DNA from: Candidatus Saccharimonadales bacterium
GTDB taxonomy: Bacteria; Patescibacteriota; Saccharimonadia; Saccharimonadales; EFPC-124
NCBI GenBank assembly: GCA_035457485.1
Contig: DATIBO010000006.1
Location: 434,659 to 498,658, forward strand
Direction: 5' to 3'
DNA: 64,000 nt
Position numbers and translations under genes: made by a program. Every line of letters starts with the position of its first letter. The stretch's first letter is position 1. Shown here one piece after another: positions 9,133 to 16,494 of this stretch. The notes beneath the pieces were generated by a model. The model was not told the DNA's origin, ran no database searches, and saw only the letters and a list, made by a program, of their open reading frames with translations.

Positions 9133-9462
9133 ATGATACATAAAACACTTTCTTCGGACTTGCTTCGCGGCCATACGGATACGATTATCCTAAAGCTGCT
9201 TTTGCAGGGCGATAAATACGGCTACGAGATTACAAAGTTGGTCAGCGATCTCAGTGATCATCTTTATGAACTTAAAGAGGCAACCATGTACTCCAGCTTA
9301 AAACGACTCGAAAACGATGGGCAGATAATCTCTTATTGGGGTGACGAAACACAAGGTGGGCGACGCAAATATTATCGGATTACAAATCGAGGCCGCGATC
9401 TTTATCAAACTAATAAACAAAACTGGGATTTTTCTAAAGAAATTTTAGAAAAGTTGCTTTAA
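9133..9462 (+). CDS. PadR family transcriptional regulator
   Basis: LRGHTDTIILKLLLQGDKYGYEI...YSSLKRLENDG...RKYYRIT. Start moved to the ATG at 9133; the track start at 9010 adds a non-homologous extension overlapping the SDR gene. Confidence 0.85.
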   Translation: MIHKTLSSDLLRGHTDTIILKLLLQGDKYGYEITKLVSDLSDHLYELKEATMYSSLKRLENDGQIISYWGDETQGGRRKYYRITNRGRDLYQTNKQNWDFSKEILEKLL

Positions 9463-9471
9463 GGAGATTAT

Positions 9472-10290
9472 ATGGAAGACAAACTAAAGAATTTTTTAAA
9501 TGAAGCTTTTAAGCCCTACGGCGATTTTCCGGCGCGCAAAGACGTCGAACAGGAGCTTCTTGCCAACTTGAATGAACGTTATAAGGACTATAAGGCACAA
9601 GGTAGGACCGATGAAGTTGCCTACAATTTAACGGTTGAATCACTTGGTGACGTTGCTGAAATCATGGAGCAAATTGAGCACGAAAAAGATGGCAAAACGA
9701 TTCGCGAGACGATCGTAGACGTTGTTAAGAGCGCATTTGGTGACGGCGATCAAAGATTCCACGCAACATCTCTAATCGAAACCGACCTATCCGAAACTAG
9801 CTTGCCAAGCACGGATTTTAGCGCCAGCGCGTTAATGAAGACTAAGTTTGATAAAGCGGATTTGCGGAATTCCAAATTCAAAGCCGCTGCATTAAAAGGT
9901 GCAAGTTTTATTGGCGCAAACTTGAGCGGGGCAACTTTTAATACTGCCGATTTACAGGACACCGACTTTAGCGGAGCTAACTTAACGAATGCGAAAATTG
10001 TCAGTTGCAATTTAAAAGGCTCGTCATTTAAGGACGCGATTTTAGATGGTACCGAATTTAAAACGACTGACCTAGAAAACATGCCTTTTGACGGACTCAA
10101 GTTTAACGGCACGAAATTTGTTTCGGCTGGCCTTAGGAATGCCACATTCAATAGAGCTATTTTGCAGGATGTTTCTTTTAAGCACACCAAGGTCAAACAG
10201 ATAAACTTTAGTGGTGCAACAATGGATAAAGTGACCTACGCTTTGCTAAAAGGCGTTAATGCTGATCTGCAAAACGTAACTGTTAGATAA
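9472..10290 (+). CDS. pentapeptide-repeat protein with PadR-associated (DUF1700-like) N-terminal domain
   Basis: The C-terminal half is tandem A(D/N)LxG-type pentapeptides (ADLRNSKFKAAALKGASFIGANLSGATFNTADLQDTDFSGANLTNAKI...). Confidence 0.8.
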   Translation: MEDKLKNFLNEAFKPYGDFPARKDVEQELLANLNERYKDYKAQGRTDEVAYNLTVESLGDVAEIMEQIEHEKDGKTIRETIVDVVKSAFGDGDQRFHATSLIETDLSETSLPSTDFSASALMKTKFDKADLRNSKFKAAALKGASFIGANLSGATFNTADLQDTDFSGANLTNAKIVSCNLKGSSFKDAILDGTEFKTTDLENMPFDGLKFNGTKFVSAGLRNATFNRAILQDVSFKHTKVKQINFSGATMDKVTYALLKGVNADLQNVTVR

Positions 10291-10301
10291 TTTTGGGGGA
10301 T

Positions 10302-10339
10302 GTGCCCGGGACCTGCGACGAATCGCTTGTCCCGGGCAC
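10302..10339 (-). terminator. GC-rich hairpin after lipoprotein gene, no U tract
   Basis: GTGCCCGGGAC-16 nt-GTCCCGGGCAC, an 11-bp stem lying 5 nt past the stop. Confidence 0.5.
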
Positions 10340-10343
10340 GCAC

Positions 10344-10988
10344 TTACTGTGGTTTCGCGCAGTCGCCGACCGGGCGGGTGGTGTGAGCGGCCATGGCTGC
10401 ACCTCGGTTGATCGCCTTGATCGACTCGGGCGTCAGCTTTTGGTACCGCTTGAGATCGTCGGTCAGCTCAGCCAGCTTCGCAGCTTCCTTGACCGTGATC
10501 CAGGCCGCGGCACAGTTCGCCGCAGGGGCGAACTCCCACTTGATCATCCCGGCTTGCAGGACCAGCTGGAACCAGATCACACTGCCGGGCAGTTTGATGG
10601 TATCCAGTTCGGTTCGAGTGGTCACCAGGTAGAGCGTCTTGTCATTCTCGGTGATGCACTCACCGAGGAATGGCATGTCACCGGTGATCGTGGTCACGAC
10701 CGTGCCGTTCACGCAGGTCTGCGTGTCGTTGAGGTTCATAAACCTGATCTCGAACTTGAGGTCCAGGTAGGTCTTGGCGACCTCGAGTACCTCGACGGCC
10801 GAGACGTTGTTGCCACCCAGCTTCATGTCACTGGGCGGAACCTCGCCCCCACTTCCGCCGCCGTTGACACTGGCCGAAGCCGTAGGCTTGGCGGTGCTCG
10901 GCGTGACGTTGGGCGTGCAGCCGGTCGCCAGAACGACGACCGCAGCTACTGCCAGCCCGAGCGCAGGCCACTTCGGTGCTACGTTCAC
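10344..10988 (-). CDS. putative lipoprotein, high-GC (actinobacterial-style) gene
   Basis: GTG start preceded by AAGGAGGA. Signal peptide plus lipobox ...AVVVLATGC. GC-rich third positions. The opposite-strand 250-aa ORF has antisense-type composition. Confidence 0.7.
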   Translation of the reverse strand: MNVAPKWPALGLAVAAVVVLATGCTPNVTPSTAKPTASASVNGGGSGGEVPPSDMKLGGNNVSAVEVLEVAKTYLDLKFEIRFMNLNDTQTCVNGTVVTTITGDMPFLGECITENDKTLYLVTTRTELDTIKLPGSVIWFQLVLQAGMIKWEFAPAANCAAAWITVKEAAKLAELTDDLKRYQKLTPESIKAINRGAAMAAHTTRPVGDCAKPQ

Positions 10989-11059
10989 CAGTCCTCCTTA
11001 AAGGCTTGGGACTATTGGCCGATCACTCGACCGGCCGTCCACTGATGTACTGGAGCGAA

Positions 11060-11088
11060 ATTATAACATATAATCTTTATCTTGTAAA
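11060..11088 (-). promoter_or_regulatory. sigma70-like promoter abutting island 1
   Basis: Minus strand: TTTACA (11088..11083), N17, TGT-TATAAT (11065..11060), ending at the AT-to-GC junction. Confidence 0.45.
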
Positions 11089-11126
11089 TAAAAAATACGC
11101 TGTGCAGTTCACAAATTTGTAATTTT

Positions 11127-12119
11127 TTACTTTGCATCGGCTAGCTCAATGGCTTGTTGTGAACTGCCCCACGAAAGAATCACGCCATTGCCACCGTGGC
11201 CGTAGTTGTGGATTATTTTTTTGTCGTCAATTTGCTCACATTCAACTCGCGGTCCGCCAGATCGTATTGGTCTAAAACCCGACATAGCTCCAATAATATT
11301 TTGTTTTTTTAAGGTGCCCGTTGTTAAACTAAACGGATGGCCGGCATGCTCTAGTGCCTGTGCTATTCCGTTAAAAACGTATTCTTTCTCGGCGGAAGTT
11401 ATCGTTAAATCAAAGTTGTCCTTTATGTAAGAGGCGCCGATGTAGGTCTCATTTTTGCGCGGCGCAATTATGTGATCGTCAAATGATAGTACGTGATTTA
11501 AACCCTGGGTTGGCTTTAGGCGGAGAATCACACCTTTTACAGGCATTAAAGATTCATCGCTAAAGATTGACGCACCACAGCCGAGGCAGTTAAAAACCGT
11601 ACTTTGGGGTAAGTTTAAGATCTGTCGCTTGTTTACGAATGTTTTTTGTCTTAGTTTGCCACCCATGGCTACAAATTTTTTGCCGAGTCGCGGCAAGTAA
11701 GCAAGAGGATTAATCATTATGGTTTCGAAACTGAGCATATGGGTATAGCCAAGTGGTAAGTTCGCACGCTTAGTGATTTTAAGGTTAGGTAATACGTCAA
11801 AAAAGTATGATGGCACAAAGCCGCTTCTCGCCAGTTCATAGTTTTGAATTTTTGTAATGTCATGAGCCGGGTTGGATATTTCGCTAAATCTTTTGTGTGA
11901 ATACAAGAACCATTTTTTTAGAGTTTTTTCAAAGCTGTGGTCAATACCGTCGCCAAGCCAAATTGGATAAAATTGTGCTCCTGCAACATGACTGACTAAG
12001 TTGGTAAAATCACTGGCATAAATTGTTACGTCTGCTTTCGGAAATTTTTCGAGCAACAGTACGCCGGTTGTAAGTCCAATAACCCCCGACCCTAAAATTG
12101 CAAAGTTTCTACCTTTCAT
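11127..12119 (-). CDS. D-amino-acid oxidase family FAD-dependent oxidoreductase
   Basis: N-terminal ILGSGVIGLTTG dinucleotide fold and C-terminal HNYGHGGNGVILSWGS signature. Confidence 0.75.
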   Translation of the reverse strand: MKGRNFAILGSGVIGLTTGVLLLEKFPKADVTIYASDFTNLVSHVAGAQFYPIWLGDGIDHSFEKTLKKWFLYSHKRFSEISNPAHDITKIQNYELARSGFVPSYFFDVLPNLKITKRANLPLGYTHMLSFETIMINPLAYLPRLGKKFVAMGGKLRQKTFVNKRQILNLPQSTVFNCLGCGASIFSDESLMPVKGVILRLKPTQGLNHVLSFDDHIIAPRKNETYIGASYIKDNFDLTITSAEKEYVFNGIAQALEHAGHPFSLTTGTLKKQNIIGAMSGFRPIRSGGPRVECEQIDDKKIIHNYGHGGNGVILSWGSSQQAIELADAK

Positions 12120-12706
12120 TTTAATGAAAACACAAGCTCTAAAAATATATTGTCGGTCATATCTTGTCGCTTTGTTGTTGTAAAAGTTAGCGTTTGGTCG
12201 AGTTTAAAACCGTGTTTTTTAAAATATTCAGCTTGAACGTTGGCTAGGGGCCAGCTTTCTGCATTGCGGTTGGCAATATCGGTACTGTCTATGATCAGTT
12301 TGCCGTCGCTTGTCAACATGCTTTTAAGGGCCGTCGCAATTTTAGTCAATGGATATTCGTTTTTAAACCAAGTAAAAGGAAGGCTAGTGTAGATGTAGTT
12401 GTACTTGTCGGATTCGGCTTTAGTAAAGTCACCTAAAATTACGTTGCTGTTTTTGGCTTCACGAACTGCGATATTGTATTGATGCGAGTCTATCTCTATT
12501 CCGTCGCATGACCCACCGATCTGAGTAATAACGCGCGGTATAGTCCCAACGCCGCAGGCCGGATCGATTCCGCGCAAGCCACCGTGATTTAAGCCGAGTT
12601 TTTTTGCGGTGATTTTGATAACCTCATCCGGAACAATAAAAAGCGGATTTGATTTTGTGTCTTTTGGAATATGTGCCTTGCCTTCGATAATATACATGGG
12701 ATACAT
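12116..12706 (-). CDS. class I SAM-dependent methyltransferase (possible nucleic-acid N-methylase)
   Basis: Motif I GIDPACGVGT. Possible motif IV YTSLPF. Confidence 0.6.
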   Translation of the reverse strand: MYPMYIIEGKAHIPKDTKSNPLFIVPDEVIKITAKKLGLNHGGLRGIDPACGVGTIPRVITQIGGSCDGIEIDSHQYNIAVREAKNSNVILGDFTKAESDKYNYIYTSLPFTWFKNEYPLTKIATALKSMLTSDGKLIIDSTDIANRNAESWPLANVQAEYFKKHGFKLDQTLTFTTTKRQDMTDNIFLELVFSLK

Positions 12707-12747
12707 AGACTATAGATAGAACGCAAGGCCATGTTAAACTGTCTCTG

Positions 12748-13545
12748 ATGTCTGACAACAACGACAAAATAGTTAGAATGATGAAGCAGTACGGTTTGTC
12801 CAGTGCCGAAGCTGTTATTTACATCGAACTTTTGAGCGGCCCATCAACTCATTTAAAGTTGAGCCGAAGAACAGGAATTACAAGAAGTCGTGTTTATCAC
12901 GTTGTAGAACTTTTAGAGAAACGTGGTCTAGCGGTTAAGTTTATGGATGACACAGGCTCTTTTGTTAAGGCTAGCGATCCTAACAATTTTGAAATTGAAC
13001 TGACCGCGCAAGAGCAGAAGCTAAAAGAGCGACGAGAGTTGCTGAATGAACTTATCCCAGAGTTATTGTCGGTTCAAAAAAATGATTCAGGATTGTTTTC
13101 GGTCAAGGCTTATGAAGGCGAATCCGGGTTTAGGCAAATGGCCTGGCACGAACTAAAGGCAAAAAATGAAATTCTATGTTTTGGCTACGCCGAAGTAGAA
13201 GTGTTAATTAATGACCACCGATGGTCGGAGTTGCATCGCCAAATGACAGTTGAGGCTGGATACAAGATTCGTGAGATTGTAAATTATGATTCTAAGAGTA
13301 GTATTAGATCTTTCACTGCCAACGACGAGTATTTAAAGAGGTACGAGTGTAGGGCAATTCCTAAAGAGACGGTATCGTTGAGTAATCAGATTGTAATTTA
13401 CAATAACGTTGTTAATACTTATCACTGGCGTGAAGGTGTGCAGATTGGTGTTGAAATAATCAGTGATAGTTATTCTCAAACTATGAGGGCGGTTTTTGAG
13501 CAGTTCTGGGGTTTGGCTGAGCCGGTGGAGATCACTAAAGAATAA
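12748..13545 (+). CDS. TrmB family transcriptional regulator
   Basis: N-terminal HTH GLSSAEAVIYIELLSGPSTHLKLSRRTGITRSRVYHVVELLEKRGL. Confidence 0.8.
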   Translation: MSDNNDKIVRMMKQYGLSSAEAVIYIELLSGPSTHLKLSRRTGITRSRVYHVVELLEKRGLAVKFMDDTGSFVKASDPNNFEIELTAQEQKLKERRELLNELIPELLSVQKNDSGLFSVKAYEGESGFRQMAWHELKAKNEILCFGYAEVEVLINDHRWSELHRQMTVEAGYKIREIVNYDSKSSIRSFTANDEYLKRYECRAIPKETVSLSNQIVIYNNVVNTYHWREGVQIGVEIISDSYSQTMRAVFEQFWGLAEPVEITKE

Positions 13546-13586
13546 TCTGTTCAGATCGGGTAATGATCTGTATAATTGTATTGCAT

Positions 13587-13660
13587 GGCACGTTGGCCGA
13601 GGAGTTAGGCAAGGGTCTGCAAAACCCTGTACACCGGTGCGACTCCGGTACGTGCCTCCA
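13587..13660 (+). tRNA. tRNA-Cys (GCA), CCA encoded, atypical T-loop
   Basis: Acceptor GGCACGT/ACGTGCC. Anticodon arm AGGGT-CTGCAAA-ACCCT. T arm ACCGG-TGCGACT-CCGGT. TATAAT at 13571-13576. Confidence 0.8.
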
Positions 13661-13691
13661 GGTGATAATTTTAATTGCGGTTTCGCGTTGG

Positions 13692-13735
13692 CGTCCCGCC
13701 ACTATACGGGTTTCGTATAGTGGCGGGACGTTTTT
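13692..13735 (+). terminator. rho-independent terminator after tRNA-Cys
   Basis: 16-bp stem CGTCCCGCCACTATAC / GTATAGTGGCGGGACG, 7-nt loop, then TTTTT. The T run overlaps the stop of the convergent lipoprotein gene. Confidence 0.65.
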
Positions 13736-14277
13736 CAGTTTCGGCTCCGGCTGGCGGTTGGGGCCTGCGTGCTGCTGGTCGAGACCGACGGCAGCGTGAG
13801 CGGCGACTTGAGCAGGCTGTTGCTGAACGTCAGCCACTCATTGCGGAAGAGCTTCTTCGCTTCCGACAGATCCTTGTCGGGGTAGTAGGTCGCGAAGTAG
13901 TCCTCGAACATCGCCTCCTCGGCCGAGCTCGTCTTGAGCCGGCCGCCCGTGAACTGGTTCAGCAGGTACCCGAGCCCGAAGTTCGTCTTGTCCGTCTTGT
14001 TGGACGCGTCGAACTTCTTGGTCAGGTCGACCTGGATCCACTCGCTCTTGCCGATCGGCTCACCGTCCCACTCAGAGCCCTCGCAGGCGTTCGAGCCGGG
14101 AACGTGCGCGCAGTACGCATGAACCTCGTCCACACCGTTCTGGTCGACGTCGGTCGACCAGAGGAAGGTGCGGGTGGTGTCGTTGGTCGGCTGCACGCCA
14201 CAGGCGGCGACCCCCATGCTGAGGATGGCCGCGAAGGCGACCACCAGCGCCTTGAGCCGGTTGCTGATCGGAGACAC
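13735..14277 (-). CDS. putative lipoprotein, high-GC gene
   Basis: GTG start with GAGGA upstream. Signal peptide plus lipobox ...ILSMGVAAC. GC-rich third positions. Confidence 0.7.
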   Translation of the reverse strand: MSPISNRLKALVVAFAAILSMGVAACGVQPTNDTTRTFLWSTDVDQNGVDEVHAYCAHVPGSNACEGSEWDGEPIGKSEWIQVDLTKKFDASNKTDKTNFGLGYLLNQFTGGRLKTSSAEEAMFEDYFATYYPDKDLSEAKKLFRNEWLTFSNSLLKSPLTLPSVSTSSTQAPTASRSRN

Positions 14278-14302
14278 TTGGTGTCCTCGTTTCGTAATTG
14301 AG

Positions 14303-14323
14303 GTCCCGCGACTTTAGCGGGAC
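14303..14323 (-). other. GC-rich hairpin in the 5' UTR of the island 2 gene
   Basis: GTCCCGC-gacttta-GCGGGAC. The stem core matches the hairpin at 13692-13730. Confidence 0.5.
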
Positions 14324-14337
14324 GCACGCAAATATAA

Positions 14338-14365
14338 ATTCTAACATATTTTTATAAAATTACAA
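14338..14365 (-). promoter_or_regulatory. sigma70-like promoter abutting island 2
   Basis: Minus strand: TTGTAA (14365..14360), N16, TAGAAT (14343..14338), just outside the GC-rich segment. Confidence 0.4.
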
Positions 14366-14405
14366 CTTTTAAATTTTTCCTCGAGGAGGTATAATATGCG
14401 GCTAA

Positions 14406-14493
14406 GGGCGAGTGGCGGAATTGGTATACGCGACGGACTTAAAATCCGTTGGCTGAATAAGCCTTGAGGGTTCAAGTCCCTCCTCGCCCACCA
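14406..14493 (+). tRNA. tRNA-Leu (TAA), long variable arm, CCA encoded
   Basis: Acceptor GGGCGAG/CTCGCCC. Anticodon arm ACGGA-CTTAAAA-TCCGT. T arm GAGGG-TTCAAGT-CCCTC. Confidence 0.9.
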
Positions 14494-14512
14494 TGAACTT
14501 ATTAAGGCTAAA

Positions 14513-15001
14513 ATGTCGGAAAAATCTAAAGAATCAACTAAAAATTTAAACGGCGTAAAAGGCTGGCTAGCATTATTTATTGTGGCGATGGGGATTGGGA
14601 TTATCGTTAATCTCCTTTCTTTAACCGAATACTCTGGTGCTTTTGCTGACATTAAAAGTATTCAAAGTGAAATGCCAGAATTTGTTAATGCGATGATTCC
14701 GGCACTTTGGTTTGAAGTTATTCAAAATATAATTCTAATCGCCAGCGCTGCTGCCGTTATAACTTTAATAATTATGCGAAAGTCTGTTGCTAAAATTGGT
14801 GCGATCGCACTTATTTCGGGCGCATTTATATTCGTTCTAGCTGATTATATTTGGGTAGCGTTGATTTTCTCTCAGAACAATCTTGATCTAGGTCTAATCG
14901 AGAGCTCAGGCAGTGACGTTGTAAGAAGTTTGATTACAGCAGCCATTTGGATTCCGTATTTCACTGCCTCTAAACGGGTAAAAGCGACTTTGGTCAAATA
15001 A
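14513..15001 (+). CDS. DUF2569-like membrane protein
   Basis: 162 aa with four predicted TM helices and an N-terminal GVKGWLALF motif. Confidence 0.5.
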   Translation: MSEKSKESTKNLNGVKGWLALFIVAMGIGIIVNLLSLTEYSGAFADIKSIQSEMPEFVNAMIPALWFEVIQNIILIASAAAVITLIIMRKSVAKIGAIALISGAFIFVLADYIWVALIFSQNNLDLGLIESSGSDVVRSLITAAIWIPYFTASKRVKATLVK

Positions 15002-15055
15002 CTATAAAGTGCTGCCTTTTAGTGCTACAATACTACTGTAAATAAGGACTTTTTT

Positions 15056-15613
15056 ATGACTTTGACTTGGATTTTGATTATAGTTGCGGTTATTTTAGTG
15101 ATCGTTGTGATTGCAATATACAACGGTTTAGTTAAGCTTAAGATTCGCACCGAGGAAGCCTGGAGCGATATTACAGTTCAACTTAAGAGGCGAATGGATT
15201 TAATTCCAAACCTTGTTAATGCTGTAAAAGGTTACGCAAAGCACGAAAAAGAAGTTTTTGAAAACGTAACAAAAGCGCGCGCAGACGTACTGGGTGCTAA
15301 TGGCGTAAAAGAGACGGCCAAAGCTGAAAATCAATTTGAGCAGACTTTAAAAAGTTTGTTTGCAGTCGCGGAAAACTATCCACAACTTCGCGCTACCGAA
15401 AACTTTCAAAAGCTTCAGGATGAGCTAACTGACACCGAAGACAAAATCATGGCGTCGCGACGCTTTTATAATGGTGCAGTACGCGAGCTAAACACTAAAA
15501 CCGACACTTTTCCTAGCAATATGATTGCCAACGCATTTGGTTTTAAAAAGCGCGACTTTTTTGAAGTAGAAAACATGGCCGACGTGGAAAAGCCTGTCGA
15601 AGTTAAACTGTAG
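15056..15613 (+). CDS. lemA: LemA family protein
   Basis: N-terminal TM helix, YNGLV...AWSDI.VQLKRR.DLIPNLV...YA.HE...F and RRFYN motifs. Confidence 0.9.
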   Translation: MTLTWILIIVAVILVIVVIAIYNGLVKLKIRTEEAWSDITVQLKRRMDLIPNLVNAVKGYAKHEKEVFENVTKARADVLGANGVKETAKAENQFEQTLKSLFAVAENYPQLRATENFQKLQDELTDTEDKIMASRRFYNGAVRELNTKTDTFPSNMIANAFGFKKRDFFEVENMADVEKPVEVKL

Positions 15614-15619
15614 TTAAAA

Positions 15620-16492
15620 ATGTATTCTGCAATTGCCGCTAACAAGCGAAAAACTATTTTTATAATGCTGCTTTTTATTTTTATAATTGCAGTTTTGGGC
15701 GTTATCTTTAGTTATCTTTATGGTGATTTAAGTATTTTTTACATGTGTTTAGTTGGGGCTGTGATTTATAGTGCAATCCAGTATTTCGCGGGCTCTAGCT
15801 TAGCGCTTGCCATGACCGGCGCGAGGCAGATTAAAAAATCAGACGATCCACGACTTTTTAGGGTAGTAGAGAACTTAAGTATTTCTACTGGAATGCCCAT
15901 GCCCAAGGTCTATATTATTGATGATCCTGGGCTTAATGCTTTTGCGACGGGACGTGATCCTAAAAACGCTTCGGTCGCGGTAACTAGCGGGTTGCTTGCG
16001 GTCATGAACAAGTCAGAGCTTGAGGCTGTAATGGCACACGAGCTAGGTCATGTTCAAAATTATGATATTAGAGTAATGATGATCGTCTTTGCATTGGTTG
16101 CGGCAATAGGTTTTATCGCCGATATGTTAATTAGGTTTACTTGGTTCGGCGACCGCGATCGAAATGTTCATCCAATTGTGTTAATTGTCGGCCTGGCGGC
16201 TGCAGTAATCGCACCGTTTGTAGCCTTTATGGTTCAGCTCGCAGTTTCGCGCAGACGAGAGTTTTTGGCCGATAGCACGGCAGCACTTACGACTCGCTAC
16301 CCTGACGCCTTGGCGGATGCTCTGCAAAAAATTCACGATCACGGGTCGGTTTTAAAGAGTCAAAATTCATCTACAGCGCATTTCTTTTTTGCTAATCCGT
16401 TAAAGCCAGGTATGTTTGCTAAATTTTTTAGCACGCATCCGCCGGTCGGTGAACGAATTGCGCGTCTAAGGGCAATGAGTGATAAGCTATAA
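15620..16492 (+). CDS. htpX: M48 family zinc metalloprotease HtpX
   Basis: HELGHV zinc motif, NAFATG, four TM segments, located downstream of lemA. Confidence 0.9.
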   Translation: MYSAIAANKRKTIFIMLLFIFIIAVLGVIFSYLYGDLSIFYMCLVGAVIYSAIQYFAGSSLALAMTGARQIKKSDDPRLFRVVENLSISTGMPMPKVYIIDDPGLNAFATGRDPKNASVAVTSGLLAVMNKSELEAVMAHELGHVQNYDIRVMMIVFALVAAIGFIADMLIRFTWFGDRDRNVHPIVLIVGLAAAVIAPFVAFMVQLAVSRRREFLADSTAALTTRYPDALADALQKIHDHGSVLKSQNSSTAHFFFANPLKPGMFAKFFSTHPPVGERIARLRAMSDKL

Positions 16493-16494
16493 AT

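Larger units (their letters stand above)
10291..11058. other. high-GC island 1 (foreign cassette)
   Basis: 37 G+C of 60 at 10381-10440 versus 24 of 60 at 9481-9540. All six frames are open only here. Boundaries to AT-rich sequence are sharp. Confidence 0.75.
13661..14335. other. high-GC island 2 between tRNA-Cys and tRNA-Leu
   Basis: 34 and 37 G+C of 60 at 13861-13920 and 14101-14160. Multiple overlapping ORFs in all frames. Confidence 0.75.

Noticed and set aside
10293-11045. Plus-strand 250-aa ORF and the nested ORFs at 10393-10632 and 10774-11001.
   Set aside because: They are antisense or off-frame artefacts of high-GC DNA. They have Arg/Gly/Pro/Asp-rich low-complexity composition and no RBS. 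The minus-strand ORF has an RBS, a signal peptide, a lipobox and GC-rich third positions.
13496-14347. Seven overlapping ORFs (13496, 13535, 13563, 13675, 13838, 13934, 14022, 14072) around cassette 2.
   Set aside because: Several run across the tRNA-Cys gene or its terminator. The rest are alternative frames of the GC-rich lipoprotein gene. Only 13735-14277 (minus) has a start context and a signal peptide.
14341-14652. Minus-strand 103-aa ORF.
   Set aside because: It is antisense to tRNA-Leu and to the start of the DUF2569 gene. Its translation contains the typical anti-tRNA string RRDLNPQG.
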